A stretch of DNA of 64,000 nucleotides from Lama glama (GCA_028534125.1 CM052817.1:106580001-106644000); one strand, 5' to 3'; shown: positions 36,510-50,819, counted from the stretch's first letter. Numbers and translations are program-made. The notes: generated from the letters alone by a model not told the origin.

Positions 36510-37068
36510 CACTGTGCTTCATTGTTGTCAGCTTTGCATCACAACTACTTTTTGTTTGGTCTCCTCTGCACAGCCCAGAGGAGATGCCAGAAACTACATT
36601 CCCCAGAGTTTTTTTCTCTGTGTGGTTCCAGGGTGGAGCCTATCAAAAAGAGAAATGAGATTTGGAAAGAGTAAGAGCAGAAGAAGCCATTATTCTCCAG
36701 GGGAAGTTGCTGGCAGATGAATGGGCAGGCATGATATATGAAACGACTTTCAGCTCAGCTTCTTGAAAATCACGTACATCCAGGTGGCAGCCTGAGATAG
36801 TATTTCCTCCTTTCATGCCTCCCACCTCTTTCAGTGGTGATGGAAACCTAATTCCTGTATTAAGACTCTTCATACTTGGGGGGAGAGGTACAGCTTAGTG
36901 GTAGAGCACATGCTTAGCATGCCTGAGGTCCTGGGTTCAATTCCCAAACAAATAAATAAATAAAAATAAATAAACATAATTATTTCCCTACCAAAAATTT
37001 TTTTTACAAAAGACCCTTCATACTTAGACAGTAATTTTTGTCTCCCTGACTGAAACCTAACTAAAATA
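36510..37068 (+). mobile_element. Old ERVL LTR (LTR41/LTR40/LTR16 group) interrupted by a SINE
   Basis: GAAACTACATTCCCCAGA...GAGATTTGGAA...TCCCTGACTGAAACCTAACTAAAATA end; family uncertain. Confidence 0.5.
36878..37009 (+). mobile_element. tRNA-Ala-derived SINE (camelid vic-1-like)
   Basis: AGCTTAGTGGTAGAGCACATGCTTAGCATGC..GAGGTCCTGGGTTCAATTCCC; TSD AAGAC(T/C)CTTCATACTT at 36862-36877 and 37010-37025. Confidence 0.9.
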
Positions 37069-37329
37069 AATTATTCAAATATTTATGTATTTATTAAAGT
37101 ATTTATGTATTTATTTATCTGTAAACCTAAAGGTAATTCTGAGGGAAAAAAAATCTTCTAGCACTAAATCCTATGTTTGCCTGTTATGGTGTTACATACC
37201 AATAACAATGTACATAGCAATAAAATATTTAATAAAATGCTTTGTTAACAAAAATGTCATTAATTCTTAAGCTCCAGTCAGATACAATGAATTTAAATAT
37301 ATTAAAAATTTACAAATATGAAATTAAGA

Positions 37330-39690
37330 GGCCCATGATTGCACTTTCCCTCCTGCTCTAAATAAGAATAAAACTGGACAAAATACATGTGACAAGTGTT
37401 TTTAGGGCCGAGAAAACAAGTAGCCCTAAATGTGATTCTTGAGAGAAAGGAAATTCACAAGATTAGACTTGTTAGAGCTGTTTTTCCGGGCTTTCTGCCA
37501 GGGGCACTGTCTACATCCCAAAGACGTGGAATTCAAATAAAGCAAGTCAGCTCACTGAGCTAAAAATAATGAGACAGAAGTTAGTGCTCAGACTACGAAG
37601 GCGGCTAAAATTCGTGGAGAAGAGTGTCAATAGAAGGCACGTGTAAGAAGAGGATGCTCAGAGCACTGGAAGGTGTTCCTCACAAGTTTGTGACCAAGAC
37701 CTGGGCTGTGCAAGCCCTTTGTCAAGATTTGTTACTATGGGAGGTGATGAATATTAACTAAATTCATTGTGGTGACCATTTCACCATACATACATATAAA
37801 ATATCATTATGTTGTGCACCTTAAATTTATACAGTGCTAAATGTCAATTACACCTCAGTAAAACTGAGGGAAAAAATTAAAGATAAAGACTATTTGGCTA
37901 GCTAGAACTGATACCAATCACAGATGGCAGAAGAGAGATCATGCCCTGCGGGATGCTTAGAAACTTTGCAGTGACTCTCAATCCCAGAAAAGACGATGGG
38001 TGCCTAAGGAGAGGAGTAACAACCCCATCACCTAAAGTAAGAGCCATACTTTGTGACTGAAGACAAAACTGAAAACAACAACAACAGCAATAACAACAAA
38101 ACAACACACACACAGAGAAGAAAAACCAAAAAAGAGGCCAAGACTGACACGGTTAAATAGATCCACCAGTCACTTAACCACTTTCCAGGAAAAAAAAATT
38201 AAGGAAAGAAAAACACTTAGAGGATCACTACTTAATCCAGACTCATTATAATAAGAAGATATTATGGTTATGCATGCATACAGCTAACAATATAGCTTTA
38301 AAATATATTTAAAATAGTTTTAGAACTATGGAAAAATAACTGAAAGAACAAATATAGTAGATGATTTTGACACTATGTTCGGGAAATGACATATGAGGCA
38401 CACAAAGAATAAGCAGAAATATACAATATTTGGAAGCCATAGTTGATATAAAATTAGCAGGTTGGAAGCAAAAATATGCTGATTATTTTGGTACAAACAA
38501 CATTTATTTAAAAATTAACTAAAAGTGGCTTACAAAGGATTCCTTACTAAGCTCCAGAAAGCCAACATTCTATATTCTTTAACTGTAATGCAATAATACT
38601 GTCTATTAACAAATGAACAGTAAAATCAAAAAACAAAATAAAATTTATTTACTAATCCTAAAACATAATAGTAAGTGACTTATGAATTTAAAATGTCATA
38701 AAATAAAATTCTAAAATTTGTGTTACTAACAAAAGTCTTTAAGTAACTAAAAATAAACGGAAAGGAAAATGTAAGGATTCTTGCACCCACCTCTACACAT
38801 TTGTTGTTCTATCAAAATTGTAAAAAAAAAAAGTGAACTAAACAAATTCATTATAATTTATACATTAGAATAAATCTCAATAGCTATCTTTTAAAAAATA
38901 ATGCAGATATAAATTAACACAATTAGATACCTAAAGTATATTGAAGATCACTAAAATAAGTACAATATGATATTACAGCAAAAACAAAAGTTGAATTCTC
39001 AGAAACAGTTCTGTTTATAAGCAACCTAATAGATCTTTACAATGCCACATACCTCAGTAGAGAAAAGGATGCAATCTTTAGTAAATGATGTTGCGAAATT
39101 TTACTAATATTGAAAAATTAAAGTTGGATTCCTCACATCATAAGGCTGTGAACTCCAGATGTATTATAGCTCTAAATATAAAAGGTAAAATGCTAAAAGC
39201 AAAAAAGATAATGTAGGAGAATTTTGTTATATTTGTGACTTGTTGGGGTGGATAAAGCTTTCATGAACACAAAACGAAATGAAAATATTTTTCTGTATAT
39301 AGCTATGTCAAAATGAAAAGATTTCTGATCAGCAACACACGTAGTAGATAAATAAATAGACGACAGACTGAGAATTGATATTTCCTATATCTGAAATCAA
39401 TAAGGAATAAACACCTTGTAATCAAAGAATGCAAATTAATACAAGAAAGCCTTATGTCTACATGAGTGAATTTGACAGAAATTAGATTTGCACATAATAC
39501 CAAACTTGCTAGGCTGCAAGGGGTGGGGGACTTTCATGAACCAATGGGAGTGGAAACTGTGGCAGCCATTTTGAAAGTAACCTCGTAATTTAAAAAAAAA
39601 AAAAAGAACAAGCAAAAAGCCCAAAGCCAGAATGAGAACCATGTGTAAATTAAAGTGCAATGTCACAGTATCATTTGTGCCAATGAAAAT
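37330..39690 (+). mobile_element. Highly degraded old L1 (L1M/L1ME) fragments
   Basis: A-rich strand with scattered L1 ORF2-like phrases (AGTTGGATTCCTCAC, GGAAACTGTGGCAGCCATTTTGAAA). Confidence 0.45.
37731..37880 (+). mobile_element. L1MB-type 3' end
   Basis: GGTGATGAATATTAACT...TGTGGTGACCATTTCAC...TGTCAATTACACCTCAGTAAA. Confidence 0.7.
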
Positions 39691-39697
39691 ACGATGA

Positions 39698-39873
39698 GAT
39701 AAACAGTAGGTTTCTACTGTATAGCATAGGGAACTATATTCAATATTTTGTAGTAACCTATAATGAAAAAGAATATGAATACATATCTATGTATGTACGT
39801 GTGACTGAAGCACTGTGCTGTACACCAGAAATTGACACAGCATTGTAAACTGACTATACTTCAATAAAAAAAT
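39698..39873 (+). mobile_element. Young L1 3' end
   Basis: TGTATAGCATAGGGAACTATATTCAATA...GTAAACTGACTATACTTCAATAAA; imperfect TSD AAAAT(AC/GC)(G/C)ATGA. Confidence 0.9.
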
Positions 39874-39940
39874 AAAATGCCATGAAACAACACAAGCATT
39901 ACTGTGCATTTTATAAGATCACATGCATGCACAGACGCAT

Positions 39941-39942
<2 letters not shown>

Positions 39943-39975
<33 letters not shown>
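39943..39975. repeat. (CA)n microsatellite
   Basis: Directly visible. Confidence 0.95.
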
Positions 39976-39977
<2 letters not shown>

Positions 39978-42494
39978 GGTAATAAATTAATCATAAATGT
40001 GAGAACCTGTTCAGGAATGGAGAAGAGAAGTGACAGCAGGTGATTAAGAGGGAAATAAAAAGAAAAAGAAAAGAAAACTGAGAGAACACTTGCAATGATA
40101 ATGATAACTGTTTCATAACCTGAGTAGTATAATGCTCCTTAGTAGTAAGATGCTGCCAACATTTAAAAAAAAAAAAAGAAATGAGAGAAGAAAATTCAAT
40201 ATATAGCTTATTCAAACACACATAAACACATTTATCAGCTCTTAATCACCTCTTGCCTCTGTATATGTCAGTTTCAATTTTTGATCACTTTAAAAATAAT
40301 ATTAATCTAACAGACTTACATTGGTCCAGAGAGCATTGGATAGTACGTATTCTACAGTGTCTAGAAGATTTATTATGACTACAGGAAATTTCAGTGTGCT
40401 TTCTGCTACTGGTTCCTTTTTCCTCTTTGTAAAAATAATCAAATAATTACTCATATGGGTATCAAACTAGTTAGGAACACCAAAGGTGTTTGTAACTCCC
40501 AAACAATAATAAAAATATTAGAAATTCTCCCAAACACAGCAACTATACAGTGGTTTTAAATTAAATCCTACAAATGGGCTGCAACATTTAAAATCATTCA
40601 CACATTGGTAGGAATAACATTTATGGTGTTAACTGTCTTGACTTTGAACCGTCATTTGCTGTCAAACTGTTAAATTTATAATATAAATTAGAGGCAATAG
40701 TCCACACAAGAAGGGCCTTTTGTTATTTAATGGAGCCCTTAGATTCCAAAGAGCAAAGAACTCCACAATGTTGAATACTGTCTATAAGCAATTGGAATAT
40801 AAGCAATTGGAATACTCTTGTAGAAGCTGAGAACCTCACAGTAGTTTCCTCTTTGTCTCTGACAAATAACTATCATAAATGAGCTCCTTGGTCGTGCTAA
40901 GTGGTTGTTATTTTCCTCTAAAAATAATAGATTTCTTATTATAGCCTTTTTCATTTTGACCAAGTGTGTTATTTTCACTCTGTCTCAAAAACTGTAATAT
41001 GAAACATCAGAAAGTTTTCAGGCTATTTAGAAGATGAGATTTATGCAAAGCTACAAAAGATTTAGTAATAACAGAACTTTGTTGGATGCTAAATTGACTT
41101 TTCCCAGTTAGTCTAATTTTTTTTTAATTAATGATGGAGAAAGAACCATAATGGAATGCATCAGCATTAAATTTTTAAATATCCCTTCATTTTTATTCCC
41201 TCTTGCTTGGGCACTTCATAAATATTTGTTATCAATAATGATGACCGAGCATTTTCAGAAAATTTTAGCTTCCTTTCCTTTTCCTTTTCTTTTCTATTTT
41301 TTTAAACGTTCACATTCCATTTTGGTGCTTAGGTTTCTGTAGTACTATATCATCATATTCACCACTCGCTTTTCTAGTTTTTCCCCATTTTCCAGAATTA
41401 TGTTTTCCTAAAATCATATTTCATATTAGAGAATGAAAACCTCATCAATTTGACTCATCTAAAATTAACTACCTAATGTAGGATGCCAAAGGCTTGATTT
41501 ATAAAGAACTTTTACTTGCAGAAAAAGGTCTGATTAGTTCATAATAATAGTCTTTGCAGCAAGAAGTTATAAACATTTATTAATTTACAAAACACCTGAA
41601 CCTAATCTTTTATAACAATACTTCATCAAAGCAAAAACATTAAAAAAAAAAAAGATATAGGCTGAATCATGACCTACATAGTTTATCTCCACGAGACTAG
41701 ATGGTATACTGAATGCTAAACTGCTTGAGCTCAGCTGTTCCAGGGCCACTTACAGCCAAGGTCAGCATGACAAGATCAAGCTGTTGAAGATGTGGGGGGG
41801 TTGGGAAAGCAGAAGGGATAAGAAGTCGAATTTCTGATAAAAGACTGACATTTCACTAATAGATCATCGGTCCTTACAAGAATCAAATAAGAGAGAACTG
41901 AACCAGGAAGAGTTAGCAGATCAGAGCCGGAGTGTAGATCAGAAGCCAAATATTACTATCATTTTTTCACCTTTTCATACTTTTAGATTTTAATACTATT
42001 ATTATTGAATAACAACTTCTGTACATCATAACAATAGGGATACTGGGCAATAAGGTTTGTTCCGTAGATACACGATAAATTCATGATTGAATATATTCAC
42101 TTAAAATCATTTCATATGACTTTCAGCCTATCTTATCCTCAATAGATTTCTTGTGAATTTATTTCCAAAATATCAATGCAAAATGGAGTTATGAACAATT
42201 CAAAAATAGGAATAGCATGGGCTTTGCCTCACGTACAATATGTATTCCAGCAGTTTGTGTTCATCTGAAGATACTGATTTGACTGTTTATTGGAACAAGG
42301 ATGCATCGAAATATCTTGCATTTTAATTTCATATAATATGCCTCTCCCAATCATGTATAAAAAATCTAAATAAATATGACTTTTACTTTTTTATTTATAC
42401 TCAGCATGTTTTATGTTTAAAAAATTAACTTACACAAATTTGTTTGAAGTTAATCCTTTTCAAAATTGCAATGAATATAGAGGAAAAACTTGAG

Positions 42495-44700
42495 GCTTCC
42501 ACAGAACATGATAGATTAAATGATGTGTTTCTTTCTGTTCAAAACTGTACTGATAATACAGTAAAGGAATGAAAGAAACAATCTGCAAAGAGAAAGATGA
42601 GAGTCCAAGATATGACAGTGGAAAGGATATATCAACAAAACTTGAAGGCTCAAAAGTGGGTGTGAGTGGTAACAGACAGAGTTGACTAAGGAAAGCTGAC
42701 TTCTAAATATTTCTGAACACAGTCTTCTAAATGCTACTAAAAGCTGGAGGATCGTCTGAAAGTCTTTCTAGGTAGTGGTTAGATGCCCAAGAAACCTTCA
42801 TCCATCACCTTTCACCACCGTAACAGAAGACTAGAGCATCTCTCTCTGAAGAATTTGAAGTGGACAGACTCGACTCTGAGACGAAAGGATGGAGTCAGAT
42901 TGGATGCTGTACTCAAAAGCATGGGATTAAGTGGACATTGACCTATTGAACATTGAAAACCAGAATCTACCTTAACAAATGTACTCCAGTAATGCTGGGA
43001 GCTACATTACACCTGTACAGGCAGGAAACTGAGAGAAAACTCTCTAGGAAAACTGACTTGCCTCAAAGAAAAGATGCACAGATGCTCACATTTGGGTTAC
43101 TCCCGTCGAACTGGCGGACTCCTTACTGCTAAAACTATCATGAAGTCCATAAGACTACAAATTACAGATCACCTGCATAAACAGAATTTCCAAAAAGCAG
43201 TTTGGTGCTTCGAGCTTAAGGATGAACAGAAAAGAGGATCACGCAGGTTTGAAAAAATGGTTTGTCATTCTAGAAAGAAACTGAAGTAAAGTAAAGGAAC
43301 TCAGAGGAAACAGAAACAATCTAGGAAGTGATTGAAAATTAACTAACATCTTCAAATAAGAGAAGATAAGTTGTAAATAAGAGAAAGACACTGGGGGAGG
43401 AGGGTAGAGCTCAGTGGCAGAGTGCATGCTTAGCATGCACAAAGTCCTGGGTTCAACCTCAAGTCCCACCATTAAAAAAATAAATAAATAAACCTAATTA
43501 CCTCCTCCCTCCAAAAAAAAAAATGACGAATAAAAGATATCATCTTAAAAAAATTTTTTTTAAAAGAGAGAAAGACACTGGTTGCTTTTTATTTCTTTGT
43601 TTTAAATCAGAATATTCAAAAACCAGTTCCTGAGATACACTGATCTCATAAAATAAATACAAATTCAACAGAAGTTATGGAATTTGAAAGTCAAGGAAAT
43701 TTCCTAGATATTAGAAACAAAAAAGACGAAGAGGTGAGAAATTGGAGAGAAAAGATTAAAAAAAGAGAGAGAGACGACATGTTGAAGATGTTCAAATGGG
43801 TTAGGTGTTTTAGAAAAGGAAGGGGAAACTGGAAGCAGGAAAGAGAAGAGCAAATGGGAGGGGGCATTATCCAGGAAGTTATAAGATCATTTCCCAGAGC
43901 TGAAGACATGAGCAGCCAGGACGGAAAGGCAGGGCCCACTCAGTGACCACCATGATCAGTGGGAAAAGAGAGAGGACCACGCAAAGGACCAGGAACTAGA
44001 ACGCCATCGAAGGCTTTAAAGCGCACTGCAACCAGAAGACAGTGGAGCAAAGCCTTTACAATTCCACCAGCACTCAAACGTGAAGGCTGAAAAAAGGCAT
44101 CTTCAGACCACAAGATCTCACAGGTAAACTTCTCTTTCACTCACAAAAATCAGTGAGTAAACCAAGAAAAAGCAGTCAAGCTTCACAACGTACAGAAGAA
44201 AGGCAAGAACCCCAACGAACGTGATGGAGGGAGATCCCGGGGCACAGCTTTGGAGCCGGCTGAACAGAGGGCAGTCCAGGTGTGTGAACATAAAGGATCT
44301 AAAGGAGTTTTCTCCACAAAAGAAAATGGATACTTTTCCTGGTTTTTTGAACAAATTAAAGCAATATTTGCAGCTTAGTTTGACTTTTTTAGAATTAGTC
44401 GTATGCACATAAACAATTTTAAAGAGAAAAAATGCCAATAAGAGAAAAACTCCATGGACTGAAAAAAGCTGTAAATTTGCGACTTGGCTTTAAATATTTA
44501 TAATCACAATATAAATATTTAAAGGTATATACTAAATACCAACTCAAACCGTGATGTGACTTTTTGGAGGATGGAGGCAAAGGAAATGTGTGAAGACAAG
44601 AGATGAGGAAAGAGTTATATTCTTATCTCTCGTAGGAGGAAGTTGGTAGAAAATATTTGGAATCAAGTGTTTAAAATGTAATTTTTAATTCTTAATTTGG
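42495..44700 (+). mobile_element. Old L1/HAL1-like 5' and ORF1 remnant
   Basis: Purine-rich ORF1-like tract (AAAAAAGACGAAGAGGTGAGAAATTGGAGAGAAAAG, TTTCCCAGAGCTGAAGACATGAG, GCAACCAGAAGACAGTGGAGCAAAGCCTT). Confidence 0.5.
43393..43566 (+). mobile_element. tRNA-Ala-derived SINE (camelid vic-1-like), long tail
   Basis: AGCTCAGTGGCAGAGTGCATGCTTAGCATGCAC..GTCCTGGGTTCAA; perfect TSD AGAGAAAGACACTGG at 43380-43394 and 43567-43581. Confidence 0.92.
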
Positions 44701-46059
44701 GTTTGGACCCTAAAATAAAGTGTCACCTATTCCAAAATATTATTAAAAATATGTTTCCAGTACTCAGTTGAACATCTAACAACAGCCTGCAAGGAACGAG
44801 AACAAGGCTTGCCACATAGTACGCATTCAATGAATGGTTTTTCCATAAGTAAATTCTGTCCGTTTCAAAGCTGCATGACAGTACCACTGCCTGGCATTCA
44901 ATCTTCTTCACTTGAAACGTTAATAACAGTGCAAGGAGATGTAAGATCATTTGTGACCGAATCTCTGTAAGTAAACAGGCTAGAAAAGGTAATGAATGCA
45001 AGCCTGCATCCCATTCATTGCAGCCTTTCTAACATAATGTCAATAACTTAATTTGACTGCAAAGCAGTTTTCTTTCCTTGACATAACTCACTCCTGTGTG
45101 CCACATTCTTACAAAACAGTGTTCAATTTACATTATGGTTTTTGTGTTTCCATCCCTCTTTCTTTGCTTTCAACCCCTTTGTGCCACAGAAGAATTTGGT
45201 AAACAACTCTGCTGAATGGTCAAAAGTTGGCACTTCAGTTATTATGTTTTAATTCCATTTCATATAGTTTTTAGGCAATAGAGAAGAGAGCTTTAATTTC
45301 ATTCTGTTCTATCGGCTGATAATCAGATAACGCTCTGGATGTCTTTGCTGCTCTGCGAAAGAAACTCATACTCCTGAGTGAATAGAACACAAAAATAATC
45401 AAAAGTCTGTATTCTGGGTTGTTAACATTAATGTTTGAATATTATTTAAACAAAAGTGACCACATCAAAATGAATTCAGGATAATCCTGGATATGCCAGC
45501 TATCTACCCCTAGAGTTTTATGCAGCTCTGATCAAATTGTAAAGGGAAAAATCATGACTTGAAGATATAGTGCATGCATTCTCAGATCATTTCACATGAC
45601 ACTGGCCTTCATTATTCATCAAAGACCTGAATCTCACTCTTTGAGAAGTTTTTTTTTCAAATGTCGTATATCTAGTTTGATTGAAATAAAACCACTCACT
45701 CAAAGAAAAGCTGAAAGTAAAGAGGTTTTTTTCCAACAGAAGTATTTATCCATTAAATATAAAGATACCCTTTCTTTCTTTCCTCCCTTCCTCCCTTCTT
45801 TGGGTAACTTAGTTCAAAGGCCATTAAAGACCTTTCACTTTCTTCTTTTCCTTGTCTTTCTCCTTCTCTAGTACTTGTCTGAGCCACCGAGGGAGTTAGG
45901 CACCCTTGCAAGATGACAGCTAGGTTTTGGGCAGCAGCTCTAAGGCGTCATCTAAATGGATTAATTTCAGAGGTATTGACAAGCAAGCAAATGAAAATCA
46001 GGTTTCTCATTGTCAGAAAAGGGAGTCACAAATACTCCACGGAGAAAAGCTGGAATGCA

Positions 46060-48025
46060 TACTGTGGACAGGGACTGGAACTGGAGGCATGGCGATGAAC
46101 TTAGGCATTGGTGTGAATTTAAGTGAGAGAGAAACGTGGATGTGAATGCATTTATGCAAGTGTCTGCACATATATATGTGCATATACATACACATATACC
46201 ACATATACACTATTTTTTCCTAGTTCAGTTAAATTAGCCACTGAGTGGGACTGGAAATAGTGAGGTCAATATCAATAAGCACACTTAATATATTATTTCT
46301 TGGCTTCTAAATACCTTCCTCCACTAATAGAAACCAGGCTCATTAGAGAAATGGCTTAATCAGGGACCGGGGCAGGAAAAATACAAATAAGCTTGGAAAA
46401 TATTGCTGTGATGGAAAATAAGGAAGTCGCCCAAGAATGATGGGGAAAACATCAAAAATGACACTGAAACCAGGTTAAAATTGCGCCACTGGTCAGATCT
46501 GCAGAAATTTGAGCATCAAAACAGAATGGCAATGTTAGTTGGTATTTTATGTAAAGAATGACAGAATTAGAAAACCACCATTTTGGAAAAATCTTTGAAA
46601 AAAAAGCAGTAAGAACTGTTTCAGGCAGGAATCCTCAATGGATGCTAAAACTATTGGGCAAAGTTTTGATGAGGAAAGCTAAATTCATATATTCTCACAG
46701 TGTCTTCCCACAAAATGCAAAGTAGTTATTCATTTCAAAGGAAAAATAGTAACTTTACCTGGAAGACATCATTTTAATCAAGTGACCAGAGAAGGATACA
46801 GTGCAGCTCGAACATTCACACATTGCAAAATGGTCACTTTGGAAAGCAGGAACAGTTTCTTGTAAAGGTAAACACACCAAACCATGCGACCCAGAAATCC
46901 TGCCTCCCTCCAAAGGAGAGAAAATGTCTTTTCACACAAACACCTGTACGTAGATGCTTTTAGCAGCTTTATCCATAATCACAGAACATTGGAAAGAGCC
47001 CAAATGATCTTCAACCACTGAACAGATAAACTGTAGTACTTCCACACAGAGGAATACTATTCAGCAATAAAACTTAAAAAAAAAAGAAAAAAGAAAAACT
47101 ACTGCTACATGCAACAATATGGATAAATCTCAAATGCTTTTTTGCTAACTGAAAAAAGGTCAAATCAAAAGACGACATGAATGGACCTGGAGAATGTCAT
47201 TCTAAGTGAAGTAAGTCAGAAAGGGAAAGAAAAATATCATATGATATCACTAACATGTGGAATCTAAAAAAAAAAAGACAAAATAACTTATTTACAAAAC
47301 AGAACCAGATTCACAGACATAGAAGATAAACTTATGGTTACCAGAGGGGGAAAGGGGTGGGAAGGGATAAACTGGGAGTTCAAGATTTGCAGATACTAAT
47401 ATATATAAAATAGATAAACAAGTTTCTACTGTATAGCACAGGGAACTACATTCAATATCTTCTAGTAACTTATGGTGAAAAAGAATATGAAAACAAATAT
47501 ACATATGTTTCTATATGACTGCTGTACACCAGAAATTAACACATTGTAAACTGACTATACTTCAATAAAATATATTTTTAAACAAGACTACAAAGTTGGC
47601 TAGGAGTTCAAGGTGGGGGAAGGGGTTGACTACAAAGGAGAGGCGTAAAGAAATTTTTTGATTTGATGGCACTGATCTGTAGCATGACTTTGGTTGTAGA
47701 TACATGACTCTGAACATTTGTCAAAATTAATATAAAAGTGTACGCAACAACAATAAGTGACCAGAGTTAAAAGCGCCAGTAATAATTATAAGAACATTGA
47801 TACTGTAATCGCCTATCAGATAAATATAGTGATAAGAGCATCTCATCACCCAGGTGATGTTCCTGACAGATTCATAGACAAGTAGGAAGGTAGGTACCTG
47901 GAAAACCCTATAAAACAAGTGTGGTGAAATGTCATCAATTGTGGAAACTGGGTTATGAGTATTTGCCCTTTGTACTAATCTTTCCAACTTTCCTCTAAGT
48001 TTGAAATTATTTTAAAATAAAAAGT
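46060..48025 (+). mobile_element. L1MC/MD-type 3'UTR containing nested L1 insertions (~46795-47750)
   Basis: TTGGCTTCTAAATACC..GAAACCAGG..TTAGAGAAATGGCT..GGGGCAGGAAAAATACAA; terminal AAGTTTGAAATTATTTTAAAATAAAAAG. Confidence 0.6.
47178..47583 (+). mobile_element. Young L1 3' end nested in older L1
   Basis: ATGGACCTGGAGAATGTCATTCTAAGTGAAGTAAG...GTAAACTGACTATACTTCAATAAA; TSD AAGAC(G/T)ACA at 47169 and 47584. Confidence 0.9.
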
Positions 48026-50800
48026 AGTATATGTATATATGCGTGTGTGTGTGTGTGTTTATCTGAAATTTCCCTTTGGAAAATCACAGAATAGTTTCAT
48101 AAGGAAATCAGCTAATGACAGTTGCTTGGCAATATTGTGTTGCTGAGCACAATACCACTTTTGTCATTATTTCATTGTGTTTTCTAGAGAAAGTAGCCAG
48201 GTTTATGGGAGCGTAGCAACAAATGGGATTTCAGGTGGAGTTTACGGCCAAACAGAGGAAATTAATTAAATGCTTCCGGTCAGCAGGCCTACTGTGATGA
48301 CATTGCTCTGACATTCTTTTTCTCACTGCTGTAACATACCCTGACTTGACATGGATCACAGATGTAGTTGCACTGGACATAGTATTTTGGGTTTAGGGTC
48401 TTCTCAGAAGTCAAGAGTTCAGGCACCTTAGAAAGTATAGACAGACATTTCTTTTTATATCCCTGCTGATTGTTTGAAAAACACAGCTAAACAAACCCTT
48501 CACCTGCCCCTGTCCTTTCCAAGTTTTTTCAATAGAAGAACCACAGTGTACTATACAAGGTTTCCCTTTTTATATATTAAAAAACAGTAATGAAATATAG
48601 AGATGAGTATTTAATATACACAAGTCTCTTACTGTGTGAGCATTATATGATAATTAATATATAAAATGGTGTTCTGAGACAGACTTTCACCATTTATCAA
48701 CTCACAAAAAATTATTGTAGCACTAATTACAATAGTCAGCCTTACGAAGTCATCTACTATGCGTACCTGTTTGATTATTGCTGTATAATTATACAATAGA
48801 ATTCTTTGCAGCTGTAAAAATCATGTTTTAGAAGATTAGTCATCTTAAGAAAGCTCTCTACATATTACATGAAAAAAGCAAAGGCAAACTAGATAAATAT
48901 GTTGAGTACGATCCCACAAATACATAAATAAAACTCTGAAAGTTGTTTTGGTTGTGTGATGGAATTACGGGGAATTCTTATTTTTTCATTTGCAACTTTT
49001 GTGTTTTCTGAATGTGCTGTTATGAATTTGTCCTGCTGTCAGACTCAGGGGAGTATGTGAGTTTCGTTTTGCAAACGAAGCATATATTTTAATGTTTTTC
49101 TTTTGTGTGAGACCAGGTCTCATCACATTTCTTGGAAGCCTTTTACAGGCTGAAAGGAAATGGAGGTTGTATTTACTCTCAGAAGTAAAATCGACTCATT
49201 TTAACTCCTACATTTGTATCAGGTTGGCTTGAATGCCAGCAGAGATTAATGGTTGATTCTTTATCTATGGTTTTGCAGGACTACATCATTTTAGAAGCAA
49301 AGAGCTGTGTGAGGCAGCCTTCTATTACATGCCCCTACTCTATCAAAAACATTTAACTTGTCTTTTTAAAAAGCCTTCTGATTATGTCTTTCTTTTTTTT
49401 TCTTTTTTCAGTTTTATTAGGTAGAATGATTACATTTTGACTGCACATATACATTATATTGCAAGTGAATACATATATGCAATATACTGCACACATTTTT
49501 TTTAGTTTACATATATGTACTAATCATTGTTTCAAAGAACAGATGAAACTTGCATAGTCATCAAAGGACTAAAGCCAACCACAAAATAAGAATCAACTAA
49601 ATGCATTAATACAATTGTAAAGGATGTCTTTCTTCACGAATATTCTTCATCAAAAATATTTGACTGACAATTAGCTTCCTCTGCCCATTTACCAATTTCT
49701 ATTTGACCTTAGATTCAAAAGAAAGACCTTTGATTAAAATGACTTGTCTATGAATCTCTCATTTGAATACCTGAATCAAGGGGAGACACAGCAGTCCTTG
49801 GATTTTAAGTTATTATTTCAGTATCCCCAAATCTGTCTTAAATATGGAATATCACCTCTAAATATTTAAAAAGTAGTTGTTATTTGAAGTTATATAGTAA
49901 TTTAATAAATTAAAATCTGGACAATAATCATAGACACAAATGAAATTGCACTGATTCCATAATATAAAATATAATCATCGTATCTTGAATCTTTCATGTA
50001 TATAATAAGTTCTTATTGAATGTCTACTTTGTGCATTCTATTCTCCTCCATGGAAATATTCAGGAAAATTGAATTTCTTCTCTTTGGCTGTTTGTAATAG
50101 GTGAAAGCCAAAAGAGTGAAATGATTGCTTTTAAATTAAAAGGAAATAAATCTTTCCTTTAAAGTAAAGATAAACATTAAGGAGCAACCATAATGCAATT
50201 GTACTCAGTTTTCTCATAGGCAATGCTAATCATTTTTCAGGGTCGACCTGCATTCCTCCAGAGTCACAAGGTCCTGCAGATTATTCCCGAAGCTAATCTT
50301 GATGGGGAACTGATAAAATGAAAAGAAAAATTATTTTATGTGCTCATTATACTGATAGTGGTTTCTAGACTCACTCCAAATGTAATCACATTTTCATAGC
50401 CTCCTAAGTCCTGGAAGCAATCTAGGGTCTACAAGCCAAATAGACGAAGTTAATGAGTTGTGTCTTGGACCAATAAATAGAAAAAGAAAGAAAGGAAGAA
50501 ATGTTAGTATGTCACCATGTGAACCTATTCCTATGAAAGGAGAGTCTGAATTAACTGTAAAATGACCTTGGCAACATAGCCATTTCCTTCCTGGAACATA
50601 ATGTAATGATGACACTTCCATGTCATTACCTTAATGTTGCTTTGTCATTATTACAGAGACTTGAGCATTTTCTAATCATCAGTAGGAGATGGGGTTAAAA
50701 GTAGGAAGGAAAAAGGACTAGCCAATTTCCAAGGAAAAAATTTTCCATTCAAGAAAAGCAAATGTTTGCAAGAGCTCTGGTAGTAATGCAAAAGGTTTCA

Positions 50801-50819
50801 TTGCCCCATCTAGTGGTCA
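50801..50819 (-). promoter_or_regulatory. Candidate CTCF site
   Basis: Reverse strand TGACCACTAGATGGGGCAA closely fits the CTCF core consensus. Confidence 0.55.

Noticed and set aside
40783..40814. 15-bp tandem duplication TATAAGCAATTGGAA (similar small duplications near 2951, 11282, 24693, 30224, 56130)
   Set aside because: Ordinary slippage micro-duplications; no spacer architecture, so not CRISPR-like or otherwise informative
43677..43946. Charged 89-aa ORF
   Set aside because: Lies in a degraded L1/HAL1 ORF1-like remnant; not a host gene
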